A DNA stretch of 64,000 nucleotides from Eledone cirrhosa (taxonomy: Eukaryota), in contig OZ024741.1 in the NCBI GenBank assembly GCA_964016885.1, positions 265,546,001 to 265,610,000 on the forward strand, in the 5' to 3' direction. The position numbers and the translations under genes are program-made. Each line of letters starts with the position of its first letter. Within the stretch, counting starts at the first letter, position 1. Positions 57,600 to 64,000 of this stretch are shown here, one piece after another. The notes beneath the pieces are model-generated. The model did not search any database. It was not told where the DNA came from and saw nothing but the letters and a program-made list of their open reading frames with translations.

Positions 57600-58335
57600 T
57601 GTATATCTAGTTTACAATAGGTACACCATATCCCTGCGTGTATCTGGTTTAAAATAGGTACACTGTATCCCTGTGTGTATCCAGTTTACAATAGGTACAC
57701 TGTATCCCTGTGTGTATCTGGTTTAAAATAGGTACACTGTATCCCTGTGTGTATCTGGTTTAAAATAGGTACACTGTATCCCTGTGTGTATCTGGTTTAA
57801 AATAGGTACACTGTATCCCTGTGTGTATCTGGTTTAAAATAGGTACACTGTATCCCTGTGTGTATCTGGTTTAAAATAGGTACACTGTATCCCTGTGTGT
57901 ATCTGGTTTAAAATAGGTACACTGTATCCCTGTGTGTATCTGGTTTAAAATAGGTACACTGTATCCCTGTGTGTATCTGGTTTAAAATAGGTACACTGTA
58001 TCCCTGTGTGTATCTGGTTTAAAATAGGTACACTGTATCCCTGTGTGTATCTGGTTTAAAATAGGTACACTGTATCCCTTGTGTATCTGGTTTAAAATAG
58101 GTACACTGTATCCCTTGTGTATCTTTTTTAAAATAGGTACACTGTATCCCTTGTGTATCCAGTTTACAATAGGTACACTGTATCCCTGCTGTGTATATCT
58201 GGTTTAAAATAGGTACACTGTATCCCTGTGTGTATCTTGTTTAAAATAGGTACACTGTATCCCTTGTGTATCCAGTTTACAATAGGTACACTGTATCCCT
58301 GCGTCTATCCAGTTCCGAATAGGTATACTATATCC
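57600..58335. repeat. 37-bp minisatellite (aataggtacactgtatccctgtgtgtatctggtttaa)
   Basis: about 20 tandem units. Confidence 0.96.
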
Positions 58336-58986
58336 TTGCATTTTACAAGCAGTAACTAAACGGATTAGTGCTAGAAAAGTCATCTGGTTGTAAAACATTG
58401 CTTCAAAACAGAACCCATGATGAGTATAAAGCCTGTTGTGGTGGCATGCAAGTCTAACCCCTGCTTTGGCTAACAAAATGGCCACAAAACAATAAAATAT
58501 ACCCCATACAACCTGTAATGTACTTGTTGGTGCTTTGAAAATATGCACTTAGCATGCCCTGTAATGTGTTGGGCATCCAGCTGTAGAAGCCATGCCAAAT
58601 ATAGAAAGTATGACCGTGACAACTTGTCTAACCCATGCTAGCATGGAAAATAGATTTAAAATGAGGATGATGATGATAAACATATAATCTACCCCCTCAC
58701 TTCCTCCCTCTCTCCATTACTATATACTCTCACCATATACTCATACCACACTGTAAATGTGGTTGGTGTTAGGAAGGGCATCGAGTCGTAGAAAACCTGC
58801 CAGATAGTTCTATATGAGCAAGACACGGTCACCCGACCAACCCTGCCTCAAGTGGGACAACTCCCGTCTAACCCATGCTAGCGTGGAAGATGGACGTTAA
58901 ACGATGATGATGATGATTTATCTCTCACTTCTCACCCTCTCACTCCAATACTCTGTATTATCTCTCTCTCTTTCACCACATTACAG

Positions 58987-59068
58987 AGATACATTTGATA
59001 AAATGCGTGCAGATGTACGGCTCATGAAAGAAGAATTGCAAGCCATTGAAAAGTCTCGAGGACCAAAA
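58987..59068 (+). CDS. SMC3: SMC3 exon 22 (DTFDKMRADVRLMKEELQAIEKSRGPK)
   Basis: ttacag / GTGAGT, in frame. Confidence 0.92.
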
Positions 59069-61314
59069 GTGAGTAAAGTTTACTTCTTTACAGTGTGTAT
59101 GTGTCCCAATGCAAATGACCATAACAACAGCTAAACACTATAACTAATAGTTGAGGAAATCAAATCAAATACCCCTGGAGATGGAAAAGGATAGACAGAG
59201 GTGCCCGCAGCCACTTTTTTCCATCTCCAGGTGTACTTTACTTGATACTATCAACTATTATTTATAGTGATTGACTATTATTATGGTCATTTGCGTTAGG
59301 ACACACACATTTCAAATTTGCCTATTGTTTCTTAAGTCAACCTGATATGTTTATTTCCTTAATGTCTTTCCTTTCTCTCCTCCAGCAGTCTCCTGTTATT
59401 TTAACCCTTCTGATACAAAACCGCTGTTGGTTCCTCGACCATTTATTCCTGAGAGGGTTGTAGGGCAGAGTCCGCAAACATTCCTTCCAGTGGGTCCTGT
59501 CTGAATCAATTATCTCCAACTGATCCAGCTGGATCCCCAAGCAAGACCAGCCAAGCTCATGGATGTTATCTAACCATCTTGCTTGGGGGTCTAACCCGGG
59601 GCTCTTTGCCAGTTGGTTTTGCTGTTAAATTTTGTCCAGCGATTCTTTCCTGAGACATTCTAACCACATGCCCACCACTGGTTCTATTATACAAAATTGT
59701 TTTAGAAAATGTAGACATCCCAAATGCAGACGCCCAAATGCAGAAAATATCTGTAACAACAGTCCACTGTCATAAATAATATCTTAGGAAATCTGGTAAG
59801 ATACCCCTAGAGACAGAAAAATAATGTTCAGACACCATTAGGGAGAATCAAACCTCATACTCCAGTTGAGTGTTTCACCATTAAGCTAATGAGCTGCTGT
59901 TAGTAATTATTTATAGCAATTGACTCTAGTTACAGTTATTTTATGTGTTTGGGATTCCCACTTTTTCTAAATGTTTACCCCTTTAGCATTTACATTATTC
60001 TATATTTACTATTGTATTTTCAAGGTAAATGCTTTATCTCACATAATATTGAATCTGAGATTTTGATATTTATTTTGAGAACAATATCTTAACATCAGTA
60101 TGAGCAGCTGGTTACAGCCAGTTTGAACAGAAAGAGTTAAGAGAATTATGGCTGGTTTAAATGTTAAAGGGTTAAATCACCCCAATACTTTGATAGTTTG
60201 TAAAAAAGGTTTGTTGATTTAATTGTTTTATCTAAGGAAAGATGTGTAGTAGTGGTTAGGGTGTTAGGTTTTTTATCTTTGGGTCATGGGTTTGATTCCC
60301 AACCGAGTGATAATTTCTCTCCTTGTGGTTGGCATCAGGAAGGGCTTCCAGCCATAAAAAAAACCAAGCGAGAAACAGTTCTATATGAACAACACACGGT
60401 CATCTGATTTGTCTTGTCTCACACCAGGACAACTCATGCTAGTATGGAAGAATGGATGTTAAACGATGATGATGAGCAAGGTATTATCATCCTTCAACCT
60501 GGTTGATTGGAACACCTGACAATTCCTCCTCATATACAATCCACTATTACTGTCCCCAGTTCTCCGAGGTGGATTCTTGAATCTTGTGAGATAGTCTCTG
60601 TATGTCATTTTTAAACAATGCACCCTTCCAAAGGGCTTTCATAGGCGAAGTGATGAAATTACTTCCCTGTTTGCTCTAAAACTGGCTTGTAAACTGGAGC
60701 CTTTTCTGTTTGTCTGAGTGATATTAGATATAATCTTCTGTGGATTGTTTGTCTGATTAGATGAAACCATCAGCTCAGATTCTTTACTCTTCTAAAGTTG
60801 TGTATGTACCACTCCACATCATGTCACATCACGCTACCAGACTACACCATATCCTAACACTAACAGGAGCCTTTTCTGTTTAAGTCTGAGTGATATTAGA
60901 TATAATCTTCCGTTGATTGTTTGGTTGGATGTAATCACCAGTTCAGATTCTTCACTCTTCTCCTCTTTAAGCATTTTACATTACTCTCTATATACTATTA
61001 TATTTTCAATTACCTCACATAATATTGAATCTATAAGACTTTGATATTATTTATTTTGAGAACAATACCTTAACATCAGTATGGGTGACCAGTTTGAAAA
61101 GAAAGAGATGAGGGAATTCTGGCCGGATACGGCCGGTTTAAATGCTAAAGGGTTAATGGGGGAAAACAGCCTTCTGTGTTTCTACCTTTAGACTTATCAG
61201 TGCATACCTGGACAGATGACCTCAGGAAAATCACTCGGTGCAGAAAACGAAATTCAACAAATATTTTATTATTTTCTTTTATTGATGTTTATTTTTTGTT
61301 TGTTTTTGTTTCAG

Positions 61315-61506
61315 GAAAAAAGTATCGCCAGTTTGCACACAAATTTGGAAGCTATGAAAGGGTCAGCTCAATCACTAAATGAAGAGCTTGGCTCTGACTT
61401 GCTTTCTCAACTAAGCGTTGAGGACCAAAGAGAAGTAGATTATCTCAATGATCAGATCAAGACTTTGACTACTCAGAACAAGGAGGCCTTCCAAGAGAGA
61501 ATCAGG
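61315..61506 (+). CDS. SMC3: SMC3 exon 23 (EKSIASLHTNLEAM...LGSDLLSQLSVEDQ...ERIR)
   Basis: tttcag / GTTTGT; conserved LG(S/T)DLLSQLS. Confidence 0.95.
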
Positions 61507-62504
61507 GTTTGTTTCCCCTTAATTTATTTACTTATTGTTTTTTTCTTCTTTTTTGTTTCCTCCCCTTAGCCTTATTCACTCTTGGCTGAGAATTGGCTGT
61601 GTTGTTAAGGACCTTACATTGAATGCCTCCGTATTTTTTTTTTTTTTTTTTTAAATTGGAAGCTTGAATCCTGCCGAGGTCACTTTTCCTTTTAAACCTT
61701 GGAGGTAGAGCGATAAACAAAATATACCAGTCTTGAGGCAGTTGGTTGGCGGAATTGTTAAAGAGTTGGACAGGATGCTTTGCAGTGTCTGTTCTGGCTT
61801 TGTGTGCTCTGAGTGGAAAGCTTGCCTCCTATCACTGCTAAACTGATGCTAGGAGTTGTGACCAACAGATAGTATTAGCTATGGAAAGACTTGATTCGAC
61901 CGACAAGATCCCAGACCTCATTTGAGTGTGGTGGAACTCATTAAAACAATGTTTCCACTGCTGATACTATCTTCCGGTCCAAACTACTGGCAGAAAGAGC
62001 AACATGAAATAAAGTGTCTTGCTCAAGGACATAACACATTGCTTAGTCCAGGAATTGAACTCACGCCCTCATGATTGCTAATCCAATTCTTTAACCACTC
62101 AGCCATGCACCTTCACATGGAAAGACTAATTGGTATTATTTTATTGTTGGCTCTGGTGGGATTAACTTTTAACATCCTGTACCACATGAAACCACATTCA
62201 CATGATATTCTTGACAAGTACAAAAATAGTAATAATTGGTTCTACTTTTGGCACAAGGCCAGCAATTACCCCAGTGCATTACTGGTACTTTATTTTATCG
62301 ACCCCGTAAGGATGAAAGGCAAAGTTAACCTTGGCGGAATTTGAACTCAGATCACAAAGGGCCGTAACTCTATGATGCAAAGCATGGCATCCGACCCTCC
62401 TGATACTGCCAATCCATGCCCTTAAAAATGATAAATCCACTGCCTACAAAAATAATGATGATAATAATAATAATAATAATAATAGTACTTAAAATAATAA
62501 TAAT

Positions 62505-62870
62505 GTTTTCTTTATTAACCACAAGGGTTCACATAAAGTAGACATTAAGGACAGTACAGGACAATACAGGACGGTACAAATGGGCATTTCTGCGTGTAAA
62601 AAAACAGAGGTTGAAATAAAATAACAAAGAAAAATTCCCCAATAGGGGGCAGACTTCCAAGGGACATTTGTGGAGAAAGCCCATTAAAAGACCACAGTGG
62701 CCCTGACCACCAGGGCAAGTGCCCTCTCCCAGTTTTCCACCTTTAATTTACAGACACATACTCAGAGAAGGCCCATTCATTCGGGCCATACTTGCTTCTC
62801 TCACCCATCTTTCAACAAAATGCTGGGAAGAGAGCACTTCCCTCTCTACCCTGATTTTCCTTTTCAAATG
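62505..62870 (-). mobile_element. Possible L1/Tx1-like LINE 3' end
   Basis: minus-strand ORF tail RVEREVLSSQHFVERW...; AATAAA and (TTA)n downstream; family assignment tentative. Confidence 0.35.
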
Positions 62871-62923
62871 AAAATAATAATAATAAATGTTGATGATGAA
62901 TAATTTACTTTCTTTGTTAACAG

Positions 62924-63111
62924 TTGGAAGGGGGAGAAGAATCGGCAAGACCATTTGCTGAACAATAACCTGAAGAAGAAGCGAGAACGTCTCCTCCTGG
63001 AGATGCAAGAACAGTCGAATAACGATCGACGGGAAAAACTTGACTCGTTGAACTCCGATCAACAAGGAGTTGATTCTCGTGTGACGGGCCCCAACAGGAA
63101 GAGTGGTAAAG
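62924..63111 (+). CDS. SMC3: SMC3 exon 24 (LEGEKNRQDHLLNNNLKKKRERL...), with an apparent extra G; gene continues beyond the window
   Basis: taacag / GTTAGT; reads through only if the G5 run at 62930-62934 is G4, or if the AG at 62929-62930 is the acceptor. Confidence 0.8.
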
Positions 63112-63154
63112 GTTAGTCAATCAGTAGTATCTTTCTCTCTCTCCTCTCTCTCTT

Positions 63155-63289
<135 letters not shown>

Positions 63290-63467
63290 AGGGAACAAAG
63301 AATCAGTGTTGCATCATATATAAATATTTAATTACGTATTACATATGTTTCACTGTCGATCAGCTCAAGGAGCGACCGTTTAATTATTGATCCTGACTCA
63401 AGAATCGGAGGCTCCTCAGATATGTGTTCACATGTAGACTCACACCAATTAATTTGCACTTCTAATA

Positions 63468-63504
<37 letters not shown>

Positions 63505-63505
<1 letters not shown>

Positions 63506-63940
63506 TGTGTGTGCGAAGTGCGATGCTGCATAGTCGTGAAACATGGGCTGTGACTGCAGAGGACATGCATAGAGTGGAGAGAAATGAAGCAACCATGCCC
63601 CGTTGGATGTACAATGTCAGTATGAGAGAAAGGCACTGCTTGGACAAGTTGAAGAAGCTGGGTTTAAGATAAATTTGAGGTAGTGTGCAGGATATGTGAT
63701 GCACATGGAGAATGATCATTGGGTGAATAAATGCCAGGAAATGCCAGTGGAAGGAAGTTATGGTAGAGGTAGACCAAGAAAGTCCTGAGCAGAGGTTGTG
63801 AGAGCTGACCTCAAATCACTGAGACTGACAGAGGCGATGACAAAGGATCGTGACTTTTGGAGAGATGCTGTGCTGAGAAAAACCTGTTCAACCCATGTAA
63901 ATATGGAAAAGTGGAGATAATAAAAAAAATGATGATGATA
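63505..63940 (+). mobile_element. Degenerate RTE 3' fragment
   Basis: AMLHSRETWAV...GRPRK-like remnants and a gatgatgat tail. Confidence 0.75.
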
Positions 63941-64000
63941 GTATAAATAAAAGGGTGGAGCACAGTTAAAAATGGTACTTTATATGTTGATAGAGTATTG

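Overview
Repeat-dense, AT-rich metazoan genomic DNA. The repeat landscape (RTE LINEs with (GAT)n tails, tRNA-SINEs, abundant (TA)n) suggests an octopus or other coleoid cephalopod; this is inference. The one recognisable host gene is SMC3 (cohesin subunit) on the + strand: 24 coding exons from the ATG at 13991 to 63111 (about 880 codons), continuing past the window. Reconstructing it by hand shows a GC-AG intron (intron 3), a U12-type AT-AC minor-spliceosome intron (56576-57476), tandem decoy acceptors before exon 19, and an apparent +1 G frameshift in exon 24. Introns and flanks hold a 5'-truncated RTE LINE with an uninterrupted ORF and an embedded PHD finger, a Penelope-like GIY-YIG fragment, Helitrons, piggyBac- and hAT-like MITEs, SINEs and minisatellites. 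The most unusual recurring signal is a set of minimal hammerhead-ribozyme motifs, several lying at the apex of long fold-back palindromes. Most ORFs in the supplied track are microsatellite or antisense artefacts.
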